Assembly (NCBI GenBank): GCA_045631285.1
Contig: JAZQUL010000091.1
Coordinates: 1,208 to 65,207 of the forward strand
Length of the DNA: 64,000 nucleotides
Direction of reading: 5' to 3'
From: Faecousia sp.
GTDB lineage: Bacteria; Bacillota; Clostridia; Oscillospirales; Oscillospiraceae
Part shown: piece by piece, positions 1 to 8,549 of the stretch
Position numbering within the stretch: the first letter of the stretch is position 1
Layout of the letters: every line of letters starts with the position of its first letter
Program-made: the position numbers and the translations under genes
Notes under the pieces: model-generated
Databases searched by the model: none
What the model was told of the DNA's origin: nothing
Seen by the model: only the letters and a program-made list of their open reading frames with translations

Positions 1-684
1 GACGGCATCGTTGCCATTGGCGGTGACGGCACATTCCGGGGCGCGCAGGCGCTATCTAAGTGCGGTGTCAACGTGGTCTGTATTCCTGCCACCATTGATA
101 ACGACATTTGCTGCACCAACTACTCTATCGGCTTTGATACTGCCGCCAATACCGCCATCGATTGTATCGATAAACTGCGGGACACGATGCAGTCCCACGA
201 ACGCTGCTCTGTGGTAGAGGTTATGGGCAGAAATGCCGGCTACCTCGCAATGTATGTAGGTCTTGCTGTTGGCGCAACGGCCGTGCTTGTTCCTGAGTCC
301 CCTATCGACCTGCAAAAAGACGTAGTTGAAAAAATCCGTCAGGCGCGACTCAACGGCTTTACCCACTATATGATTGTGGTTGCCGAGGGCGCAGGCTCTG
401 CGTCTGATATTGCAAACCAAATTCGCAATGCACTTGATTTAGACCCCCGCGTCACTGTCCTGGGTCATATCCAGCGCGGTGGCACGCCCACAGCCCGCGA
501 CCGTGTCAACGCCACCAAAATGGGCTATCTTGCAGTGGAATTGCTGCTGCAAGGCAAGACAAATCGCGTCATCTGCACCGACCAGGGCGGCTTTGTGGAC
601 ATTGATATTTCTGAGGGTCTCTCCCGTCAGAAAACGCCTCTCAAGCTGGAATCCGACGTACTTGCCGCAATGACCGGCATTTAA
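1..684 (+). CDS. pfkA: ATP-dependent 6-phosphofructokinase (5' truncated by window)
   Basis: Frame open from base 1 (DGIVAIGGDGTFRGA); motifs PATIDND, VEVMGRNAG, VLGHIQRGG. Confidence 0.95.
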   Translation, partial: DGIVAIGGDGTFRGAQALSKCGVNVVCIPATIDNDICCTNYSIGFDTAANTAIDCIDKLRDTMQSHERCSVVEVMGRNAGYLAMYVGLAVGATAVLVPESPIDLQKDVVEKIRQARLNGFTHYMIVVAEGAGSASDIANQIRNALDLDPRVTVLGHIQRGGTPTARDRVNATKMGYLAVELLLQGKTNRVICTDQGGFVDIDISEGLSRQKTPLKLESDVLAAMTGI

Positions 685-694
685 TAGAATAAAT

Positions 695-734
695 AAAAGG
701 TCTATCTGCCCTTGTGGCACGATAGACCTTTTTT
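695..734. terminator. Bidirectional intrinsic terminator between pfkA and xerD
   Basis: AAAAGGTCTATC-TGCC...GGCA-C-GATAGACCTTTTT inverted repeat between convergent genes. Confidence 0.8.
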
Positions 735-1617
735 ATGCTTTCGGATGACACTTTGAATAGACGGATTTCAGTCGCTGGTTGACCATCTGTGTGTAAAGCT
801 GGGTAGAAGAAATATCGCTGTGCCCCATCAGCTCTTGCAAAGAACCCAAGTCGGCACCATTCTCCAAAAGATGGACTGCAAAGCTGTGACGAAGCGTATG
901 CGGCGTGATTTCCTTTTCAATATGTGCAGTATCCTGATAATGTTTCAGTATTTTCCAGAAGCCCTGGCGGCTCATACGGCTGCCGCTGACATTGACAAAA
1001 AGAGCAGGCTCCTCGGGGTCAGCAAGCATAGCTTCCCGATAATCGCGGATATAGGCATTCAGCGCCCGAACAGCAGTAGGATACAGCGGAATCGCCCGGG
1101 TTTTCTTGGTGCCGTGGCACTTAATAATGCCCAAATCCTGATTGTAGTCGTCCAAATCCAAATCAATCAGCTCGGTTACACGCATACCGGTTGCATACAG
1201 AAGCTCCAGCATTGCTTTATCACGGAATCCCTTGGCATCCACGCAGACAGGCTGGGAAAGCAAAAGCTCAATCTCACGACCGGTGAGAATCTGCGGTAGC
1301 TTCTTCTCTCCCCTGTCAACCTGAATGTTCACCACAGGCGTTTTCTCAACAAAGCCGGTAGAAACCAGATACGCATAGAAGTTCCGAAGCCCGGCCAGTG
1401 TCCGCGAAAGGGTGGCACCGGAACGTCCGCTGCGCTCTAAGTAGGACAGATAGCCTTCGATATTCACTTGCTCGGCGTCTACAATCTCAACCTTCGCGCT
1501 ACCGCGGAGCCAATCGGCATACTGCCGGATGTCCCGGGTATAGGAAGCTGTTGTATTGGCAGACGCCTTTTTTACCTTTGTAAGGTAATTTTCGTAGGCG
1601 TGAATCAAGTCCAACAT
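733..1617 (-). CDS. xerD: Site-specific tyrosine recombinase XerD/RipX
   Basis: LELLYATGMRVTEL, TPHTLRHSFAVHLLENGADL, LMGHSDISSTQLY; 294 aa; housekeeping context. Confidence 0.9.
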   Translation of the reverse strand: MLDLIHAYENYLTKVKKASANTTASYTRDIRQYADWLRGSAKVEIVDAEQVNIEGYLSYLERSGRSGATLSRTLAGLRNFYAYLVSTGFVEKTPVVNIQVDRGEKKLPQILTGREIELLLSQPVCVDAKGFRDKAMLELLYATGMRVTELIDLDLDDYNQDLGIIKCHGTKKTRAIPLYPTAVRALNAYIRDYREAMLADPEEPALFVNVSGSRMSRQGFWKILKHYQDTAHIEKEITPHTLRHSFAVHLLENGADLGSLQELMGHSDISSTQLYTQMVNQRLKSVYSKCHPKA

Positions 1618-1639
1618 AGAATCGTAACCTTCCCTAAAA

Positions 1640-2134
1640 TTACAACATTAAATACGAGAAATAAGGTGAAATACACAGTCGGTCAACCGCAATGGCAATG
1701 GCAATCATAATTAGCACGGAAATAAAACGGGCTGTTTGCGGCCGGCTGTACTCAGTAAGACATTTCCCTGAAAAATACAAAAGGAGAACGGTTGAAACCT
1801 TGTCTGTAAACAGAAACAGTGTCCCCGCCAGCCAGGCTGCGCTTCCAAACGCTGCGCAAATCCCCATTAAAAGGAAGCTGTCTGCCACGGATTTAAGAAA
1901 TAGGATGGGAAAAATCAATCCCGGCAAACGTAACCGGGAAACGAGGTAAACAGCCAAAACGGGCAGCAATGCCGACAGTGCAAACAGAGAACTGCCGCGA
2001 TTGGCAGCAAGCTGTAAGGATGCCGCCAATACTTCCGCTTTACCATTTGCAATCAAAATACCAAACGCGCAGCCGATTGACCAAAAGCATATCAGCCAAA
2101 TCAAAGCCGCAGAGGTCTTCACAGATTTATGCAT
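1640..2134 (-). CDS. Multi-pass membrane protein, possibly a divergent SpoIIM-like protein
   Basis: 164 aa, 4-5 hydrophobic helices; lies directly upstream of xerD, where spoIIM often sits in clostridia (inference). Confidence 0.5.
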   Translation of the reverse strand: MHKSVKTSAALIWLICFWSIGCAFGILIANGKAEVLAASLQLAANRGSSLFALSALLPVLAVYLVSRLRLPGLIFPILFLKSVADSFLLMGICAAFGSAAWLAGTLFLFTDKVSTVLLLYFSGKCLTEYSRPQTARFISVLIMIAIAIAVDRLCISPYFSYLML

Positions 2135-2496
2135 AAATATTCACCATATCCAATCATTGTATATTCATATGCATAATGGTGTATATGCAGGTAAATACAC
2201 GCTAATTTGGCGGCGAAAATACAGCGCAGTGTGTTTACTATACACCAGATTTTGCAAAAATGCAAGGCAGAATGGTCATTATTCACCATTTTTGTGGATT
2301 ATGACAATTTTTATGTAAACATCATTATGTAAACTGGCGCAACCAATCTTTCACTTTGCGTTCCTGTGATGCACATCCTGTAAATCTTGGGTTTTCATAT
2401 CACGGTCAAACACAATATATAGGTTTTACAAAAATTGTATCATTCTGCTGTAATGACTTGTCCTTATAATTATTGTCTATTTTGCACAATTGCACA

Positions 2497-2916
2497 TTAG
2501 TGTCGACGCTTCGTATTTCTCCCCTTTTTACCCATTAATTGCAGGATGATTGGAACAAATATGCCGCAAATGACAGAAATTACGCCGCTTCCGATGCCTC
2601 CCATACTTCCATCAAGGAACAATATGTTGCAGGCAGCCAACAGAAATAAGTATGCAACGCCGCATACAGCAGATATGATTGCCGGCATATTTCCTGCCAG
2701 TAACGTTGCAGTCATACATCCGAATGCGGCAGAAAGAAACTGTATTGGCCAAACGGCAGTATGCATTGCATCTTCCGGCAGCCTTCCGTCTGCTACAGCC
2801 CACGCTATAATGGCCGACATCACAAATGTAAGTGCCAAACTGATTGCTAAACCGACGGTTACCGCAACGGCAGGTTTCCCTGTCTGCGTACTTTGCTTAA
2901 AGGAATGCTTCTTCAT
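2497..2916 (-). CDS. Four-helix membrane protein (TIGR04086-like)
   Basis: Four TM segments and basic C-terminal tail KKGRNTKRRH; SD AAAGGGGAG before ATG at 2916. Confidence 0.6.
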   Translation of the reverse strand: MKKHSFKQSTQTGKPAVAVTVGLAISLALTFVMSAIIAWAVADGRLPEDAMHTAVWPIQFLSAAFGCMTATLLAGNMPAIISAVCGVAYLFLLAACNILFLDGSMGGIGSGVISVICGIFVPIILQLMGKKGRNTKRRH

Positions 2917-2959
2917 ATGGTATCTCCCCTTTCGCTTCATTCTATTGTTGAAAGGGCAG

Positions 2960-2990
2960 AAAAATACCCGGGATTTCTCCCGGGTATCTA
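2960..2990 (-). terminator. Intrinsic terminator after pgm
   Basis: ATACCCGGGA...TCCCGGGTAT stem followed by a T-run on the minus strand. Confidence 0.7.
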
Positions 2991-2997
2991 TATCGGT

Positions 2998-4692
2998 TTA
3001 CGCTTCCATTTGCTGGCGCATTGCATTGATCTGCTGAGCAGCTTCTTCTTTTGTCTCAGCAACAGCCGTGTAATAGAACTTGACCTTCGGTTCTGTGCCG
3101 GAGGGTCGGGCAATCACACTGCCCTTAGCGCCGAGAATCAGCTCCAAAACATTGGATCTGGGCAGGCTGATGGGGAGAATCTCCCCTGTTTGCAGGTCTT
3201 TCGAGGTCCGCGCGCCGTAATCGTTGATCTTTGTGATAAGATAACCACCGATGGTGTCCGGTGTGTTGCTGCGAAGGTCAGACATAATCTTTGACGCCTT
3301 TTCCATAGCGTCCGAGCCGGTCAGCTCCACACTGGTAACGTGTGCAAGATAGTAACCATAGCTGGCATACAGCGCATTCATTGCATCCAGGATGGACTTG
3401 CCCTGCAGGCGGCAATATGCTGCCAGCTCACAAACAAGCATCGATGCGACAACAGCATCCTTATCGCGGGCATAGGTGCCCTTCAGGTAGCCGCAGCTTT
3501 CTTCAAAACCAAAGATAAAGCGGTTTTCTTCCCCGATTTCCTCCAATGCGAGGATCTCACCGCCAATATATTTAAAGCCGGTAAGCACCGCCTTCATTTC
3601 TACGCCGTAATTGGCAGCAATACGGTCAGCCAAAGGAGAGGAAACCAAACTGCGGACGGTAATGGCACCCTCAGGGATGTTGCCCTTTTCGCTGCGCGCT
3701 TTGAGGATATAATCAAGCAATAGACAACCCAGCTCATTGCCGGAAATTTTCACATAGCCGTTTTCGCTGGGCACGGCAATGGCAACGCGGTCGCAGTCAG
3801 GGTCTGTACCAAGAATCACATCGCAGGGTACCGTGTCAGCCACCTTGTAGCTCTCATTCAGCGCTGCGTCAGTCTCCGGGTTCGGATATTCGCAGGTCTT
3901 AAAGTCACCGTCAGGCTTCTCCTGAGAGCCAACAACAGTAATGTTCACACCAAGTCGCCCGAGAACTTCACGAACAGGCTCATTGCCGGTACCACACAGA
4001 GGGGTATAAACAATATTTAGCCCGGATCTCTTAATAATTTCGGGTGCAATAGCCTCACTGAGCACAGTGGTATAGTACTTCTCCCACAAGTCCTGGCCAA
4101 TATATTCGATAAGACCTTCCTGCATAAACTCCGCAAAAGACTTCTTTTCGGGAACAAAATACGGAATCTTTGCAATTGTCTCTGTTACAACAGCAGCGGG
4201 TGCGTCAGTCATTTGACATCCATCAGGGCCGTAGCACTTTACACCGTTATACTCACCGGCATTATGGCTGGCGGAAATCACGATACCGCAGCCGCAACCC
4301 AGCTCCCGCACGGCAAAGGACAGCATAGGAGTAGGCGCAAGACGGTCAAAGAGATAGGTCTTAATGCCGGCCTCTGCGAAAGCAACGGCGCAAACATTGG
4401 CGAATTCCTCGGAATTGTGGCGGCTGTCGTAGCCAATGGCTGCAAATTTGGGCAGTTCCGTTCCTGAAAGCCAGGCAGCCATCCCCTGGGCAGCGCGGCG
4501 AACGGTATAGACGTTAAGCCGGTTGCTGCCCATTCCCATAATACCGCGCATACCGGCAGTACCGAACTGGAGGTCAGAGGAGAATCTGCCCTTCAATTCT
4601 TCTTCATTGTTCTTTATCTTTTCCAGCTCAGCCTGAGCAGACGCAGGCAAACCGGCATTGCACCAAAAAGCATAACGGTCCAAATAGTTCAT
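2998..4692 (-). CDS. pgm: Phosphoglucomutase/phosphomannomutase
   Basis: FGTAGMRG, ISASHN (catalytic Ser), TDPDCDR (metal site), FEESCG, RPSGTEPKVKFY. Confidence 0.93.
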   Translation of the reverse strand: MNYLDRYAFWCNAGLPASAQAELEKIKNNEEELKGRFSSDLQFGTAGMRGIMGMGSNRLNVYTVRRAAQGMAAWLSGTELPKFAAIGYDSRHNSEEFANVCAVAFAEAGIKTYLFDRLAPTPMLSFAVRELGCGCGIVISASHNAGEYNGVKCYGPDGCQMTDAPAAVVTETIAKIPYFVPEKKSFAEFMQEGLIEYIGQDLWEKYYTTVLSEAIAPEIIKRSGLNIVYTPLCGTGNEPVREVLGRLGVNITVVGSQEKPDGDFKTCEYPNPETDAALNESYKVADTVPCDVILGTDPDCDRVAIAVPSENGYVKISGNELGCLLLDYILKARSEKGNIPEGAITVRSLVSSPLADRIAANYGVEMKAVLTGFKYIGGEILALEEIGEENRFIFGFEESCGYLKGTYARDKDAVVASMLVCELAAYCRLQGKSILDAMNALYASYGYYLAHVTSVELTGSDAMEKASKIMSDLRSNTPDTIGGYLITKINDYGARTSKDLQTGEILPISLPRSNVLELILGAKGSVIARPSGTEPKVKFYYTAVAETKEEAAQQINAMRQQMEA

Positions 4693-4712
4693 TATTTATC
4701 CTCCTTATTTTT

Positions 4713-4748
4713 AAAAAAGCAGCTCAATATGTTTTGAGCTGCTTTTTC
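4713..4748 (-). terminator. Intrinsic terminator
   Basis: AAAAAAGCAGCTCAA...TTGAGCTGCTTTTT inverted repeat. Confidence 0.75.
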
Positions 4749-4751
4749 TTT

Positions 4752-5261
4752 TTACGCATTTTCATCCATTGCGGCATCGTTGGCGGCGCGCTTTTCCTGC
4801 GCTTCTGCCAGAGCCTTGAACTTTGCACGGGTATCCTTCACCTCATCCAAAGAAGCAGCAATTGCTTCCTCTGTACGGCGGAGCGCATCGTCCATATAGT
4901 CGTTGCTTGCCTTACGAACCTCAGTCATACGCGCCTGGGTCTTAAGTACCATTTCCTGGCACTGCCGCTTGGCTTCGATGTAAATGGCTTCTTCGGAAAC
5001 CTTCTGAGCAGCTTCTTCCTGAGCCTTACGGATAATGACCTCCGCCTCACGACGAGCCTGACCAATCAGCTCATTGCGGGACTCTACAATTGTACGCGCC
5101 TGCTTCAGCTCCACAGGCAGCTGCGCGATGACTTCATCCAGCATATCCAAAACTTTGTCCCGTTCCAGAATGCACTTGTCCGCGGCAAGGGGCATTGCCC
5201 GGGCGTCGCGCACCATATCATATAGGGTGGAGATGATCTCGTCAATATTCTGTTCGTTCAT
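4752..5261 (-). CDS. Conserved coiled-coil protein downstream of coaD (DivIVA/ATP synthase b-like)
   Basis: LPVELKQARTIV..EAEVIIRKAQEEA coiled coil; SD GGAGG before ATG at 5261; rsmD-coaD-X arrangement. Confidence 0.7.
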   Translation of the reverse strand: MNEQNIDEIISTLYDMVRDARAMPLAADKCILERDKVLDMLDEVIAQLPVELKQARTIVESRNELIGQARREAEVIIRKAQEEAAQKVSEEAIYIEAKRQCQEMVLKTQARMTEVRKASNDYMDDALRRTEEAIAASLDEVKDTRAKFKALAEAQEKRAANDAAMDENA

Positions 5262-5760
5262 TTCTATTTCCTCCTTGAAAAGCATTTGCAATTCGATTTT
5301 TAAAGTCAGGGATTATTTCCTCCGGTAAGAAGTCCGAAAGCTCCACACCATATTTCCCCAGTTCTTTTACTGTGCTGGAGCTGAGGTACATATATTGGTG
5401 CTCCGCTGTAAGGAACATTGTATCCAATCCCGGATTGATTTTATGATTAATAAGCGCCATTTGGAACTCATTTTCAAAGTCAGAGCCGGCGCGCAGGCCC
5501 TTGATAATTACGCAGCTGCCCTTTCTGCGGGCGTACTCAGCAAGAAGTTCCTCCGAGGAATCCACCTCCACATTGGGCAAATCGCTGGTAACTCTGCGAA
5601 TCATATCCACCCGCTCTTCCTGGGTAAACATAGGTTGTTTCCCAGCGTTGACCATAACACACACAATCAGTCTGTCAAAAATCTTAGCTGCCCGGCGGAT
5701 GATATTCAAATGCCCGCTTGTAACCGGGTCAAAACTGCCGGGATAAATTGCGACCTTCAA
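5242..5760 (-). CDS. coaD: Pantetheine-phosphate adenylyltransferase
   Basis: YPGSFDPVTSGH, KGLRAGSDFENE, LSSSTVKE. Confidence 0.95.
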   Translation of the reverse strand: MKVAIYPGSFDPVTSGHLNIIRRAAKIFDRLIVCVMVNAGKQPMFTQEERVDMIRRVTSDLPNVEVDSSEELLAEYARRKGSCVIIKGLRAGSDFENEFQMALINHKINPGLDTMFLTAEHQYMYLSSSTVKELGKYGVELSDFLPEEIIPDFKNRIANAFQGGNRNERTEY

Positions 5761-6320
5761 ACTGAAGCCTCCCCTGCTGGATCCTTGCGATAGAGTGTAA
5801 GCACAGTATTGCCGTACTTATAGTCCTTAGAGCGGCAGTAGCCGGAAAATTCACCGGGCAATTCCTTTCCGAAAGGACATTCTGCGACTATTATACCATT
5901 AGATTGCAAAATGTCAATTTCTGTTATCAAATTTAGTGCATTTTCAAGGAAAACTTCTGCATATGGGGGATCAAGAAGGATTATATCGAATTTCTGCTTC
6001 GCCGTTTTCAGGTAAGCAAGATAGTCACTGCGTATGACACGTCCTGCCTGCTCCATACGGGCAAGGCGCAGATTCTCCCTGATAAGCCTACAGGCCTTTT
6101 CGCTTTGGTCGACAAACACCGCTTCCTTGGCTCCGCGGCTGATGGCCTCAATACCAAGCTGACCTGTACCGCCAAAAAGATCCAGTACCCGTGCGCCCGG
6201 CAGATCAAAATGGATGATGCTAAACAGAGCTTCCTTCACTCTGTCCGCAGTTGGACGAGTCTGCATCCCCTCCGGTGTCTTTAAGCGAACGCCTCTTGCG
6301 CTTCCACTGATAACCCGCAT
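5757..6320 (-). CDS. rsmD: 16S rRNA m2G966 methyltransferase
   Basis: MRVISGSARG, TRPTADRVKEALF, LDLFGGTG, DPPY. Confidence 0.95.
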   Translation of the reverse strand: MRVISGSARGVRLKTPEGMQTRPTADRVKEALFSIIHFDLPGARVLDLFGGTGQLGIEAISRGAKEAVFVDQSEKACRLIRENLRLARMEQAGRVIRSDYLAYLKTAKQKFDIILLDPPYAEVFLENALNLITEIDILQSNGIIVAECPFGKELPGEFSGYCRSKDYKYGNTVLTLYRKDPAGEASV

Positions 6321-8146
6321 TAATCTCCCTCCTTATCTGTATGAAAATGGGAATAAACTGCGTATGCAGCATTTTTCGGCAATACCTGCTCCAATTCAAT
6401 CAGCGCAGCTTCACGAATGGCGGTAAGAGACTTAAACTTCTGAAGCAATTGCTGTTTTCTTGTTTGGCCTACGCCGGGGATATTATCCAGTTCGGAGTAG
6501 CGCACACGTTTACTGCGTAAATTCTTCTGATAGCCAATCGCAAATCGGTGTGTTTCTTCCTGAATGGCGCCAACAAAAGAAAACACCGAAGGCTCTGCAT
6601 CCAGCCGAATCTCCTCCCCTGTCGGTGTAACCAACGCCCGGGTACGATGGCGGTCATCCTTAACCATACCAAATATCGGAACATTTAAACCGAGCTGTAT
6701 AAGTGCATTTTGTGCAGTTGCGGCGTGGGTCGCACCGCCATCGATGAGCAGCAAATCCGGTATTGCTGCAAAGCCTGCATCTCCGTTTTGGTATCGCAAG
6801 AACCGGCGGGTCACCGCCTGATACATCGATTCGTAATCATCCGCCTGGTTAAGACCTTGGATTTTAAATTTCTTGTATTCGCTGGGTTTTGGTTTTCCGT
6901 CCACAAAAACCACCATACCCGCAACAATATCGGTGCTGCCCAGATTGGAAATATCAAAAGATTCGATACGCTGAAGCTTCTCAATGCCAAGCATTTTGGA
7001 AAGCAGACGCATTCGCCCGGTATAACGGGCCTCCTTCTCTGTGAGGCGCTGCGCTTCCTCCTTTGCATTTTCACAGGCGAGCAGGAGCAGCTTGTGATTC
7101 TCCCCTCTTTGCGGTACATAGATATGGGGATTTTTCCCTGTTTTTTCCCGGATAAACTGCTCCAAAAGGTCCATATCCGGCAAATCAAACGGCAGTAAGA
7201 TTTTCATTGGGCCGGCATCACGGTCAGCATAATACTGAGCAATCAGTGTGGCAACAGCTCCTGCCCGATCCTCCGGAAGCGAAATTACCTGATACTCCTT
7301 GTGAACCAAATTACCCTCATTGTAATGAAGGACTGTGAAACAAGCCTTTGCTTCCGTCTCTCCGTATCCAATTACGTCCGTATCGGTATTCTGACCGGCG
7401 GCCACAAGCTGCTTTTGGCCCAGCTTCTGCACCGTATTCAGCCTGTCCCGCAATACAGCAGCCAACTCAAAATTCAGGTCCTCCGCAGCCGTCAGCATCT
7501 GCTGCTGAATTGTGGAAGCAACAAGCTTATAATTGCCCTCTAAAAGCATTCTAACCTGCCGGATAGACTCCATATACGCATCCTGAGAATGACCCGGCAT
7601 ACACCAACCGGCGCACTGCTGCATATGGTAATGGAGACAAGGGCGTTCTTTACCAATGTCTCTGGGGAACTTCCGGCTACAGGAAGGCAACCCCATTACA
7701 GCATTAAGCTCCTCAACCAGAGATTTTGTAATGCTGCGGCTGCCAAAAGGACCAAAGTATTCCCCACCATCGTCGGAAATTTTAGAAACCATCGTAAGCC
7801 TGGGATATGCTTCCTTCGTATCAAGATGGATATAGGGATAGCCCTTACCATCCTTCAAAAGAATGTTGTATCGTGGCATATGCCGTTTTATAAGGGAACA
7901 TTCCAGTACCAACGCTTCAAATTCCGAGCCGGCTACAATCACATCAAAATCCGCAATCTTCTCCACCATTGCCCGGGTCTTGGGAGAATGAGATGCAGTA
8001 TCCTGAAAATACTGGGTGACACGATTCTTTAGCTTTTTGGCCTTTCCCACATATATAACCTGTCCCTTCTTATCCCGCATAATATAAACGCCGGGCGATA
8101 AGGGCAGTGACAGGGCTTTTTGTTTACAATGGGCAAAATCATTCAT
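6320..8146 (-). CDS. uvrC: Excinuclease ABC subunit C
   Basis: GIY-YIG (PGVYIM..IYVGKAK), IESFDISN, LLIDGG, C-terminal HhH. Confidence 0.95.
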   Translation of the reverse strand: MNDFAHCKQKALSLPLSPGVYIMRDKKGQVIYVGKAKKLKNRVTQYFQDTASHSPKTRAMVEKIADFDVIVAGSEFEALVLECSLIKRHMPRYNILLKDGKGYPYIHLDTKEAYPRLTMVSKISDDGGEYFGPFGSRSITKSLVEELNAVMGLPSCSRKFPRDIGKERPCLHYHMQQCAGWCMPGHSQDAYMESIRQVRMLLEGNYKLVASTIQQQMLTAAEDLNFELAAVLRDRLNTVQKLGQKQLVAAGQNTDTDVIGYGETEAKACFTVLHYNEGNLVHKEYQVISLPEDRAGAVATLIAQYYADRDAGPMKILLPFDLPDMDLLEQFIREKTGKNPHIYVPQRGENHKLLLLACENAKEEAQRLTEKEARYTGRMRLLSKMLGIEKLQRIESFDISNLGSTDIVAGMVVFVDGKPKPSEYKKFKIQGLNQADDYESMYQAVTRRFLRYQNGDAGFAAIPDLLLIDGGATHAATAQNALIQLGLNVPIFGMVKDDRHRTRALVTPTGEEIRLDAEPSVFSFVGAIQEETHRFAIGYQKNLRSKRVRYSELDNIPGVGQTRKQQLLQKFKSLTAIREAALIELEQVLPKNAAYAVYSHFHTDKEGD

Positions 8147-8156
8147 AACTTACTCC

Positions 8157-8198
8157 AAAAAATCCGCCTCAATGCATCTGTGGCATTGGGGCGGAAAT
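8157..8198 (-). terminator. Intrinsic terminator after the HPr-like gene
   Basis: TCCGCCTCAATGC...GCATTGGGGCGGA stem with a T-run on the minus strand. Confidence 0.65.
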
Positions 8199-8207
8199 AT
8201 GTTGGGA

Positions 8208-8468
8208 TCAGATGATATCCTGCTGCAGCAAGGCTTCCAACGCCTCGACCGCTTCTATTTCATCCGCACCTTCAGCAGTCAGGTTTACCACACTGCCGGT
8301 TACAACACTCAGGGACATAACGCCCAGTAAGCTCTTTGCATTCATCTTTCTGCCTTCAGTAGCAAGCCAGATGTTGCTGGAAAAATCGTTTGCCTTTTGC
8401 ACAAAGTAGGTAGCCTGCTTATTGTAGAGGCCTGATTCGCAACGAACAATAATTTCCTTGCTGTACAT
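8208..8468 (-). CDS. HPr-family protein with Tyr at position 15 (Crh-like)
   Basis: 86 aa; NAKSLLGVMSL (Ser46) conserved; GLYNKQA replaces GLHARPA. Confidence 0.85.
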   Translation of the reverse strand: MYSKEIIVRCESGLYNKQATYFVQKANDFSSNIWLATEGRKMNAKSLLGVMSLSVVTGSVVNLTAEGADEIEAVEALEALLQQDII

Positions 8469-8549
8469 AGTTTTATACCTCGTATTCTGCCATTTAGGCA
8501 TAATTATCTGTATATATGATAACAAATCTGGCGAAAAAGTCAACCCATT

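Noticed and set aside
733-1617. Tyrosine recombinase as a prophage or ICE integrase
   Set aside because: XerD-like length and motifs, housekeeping neighbours, no att repeats or cargo
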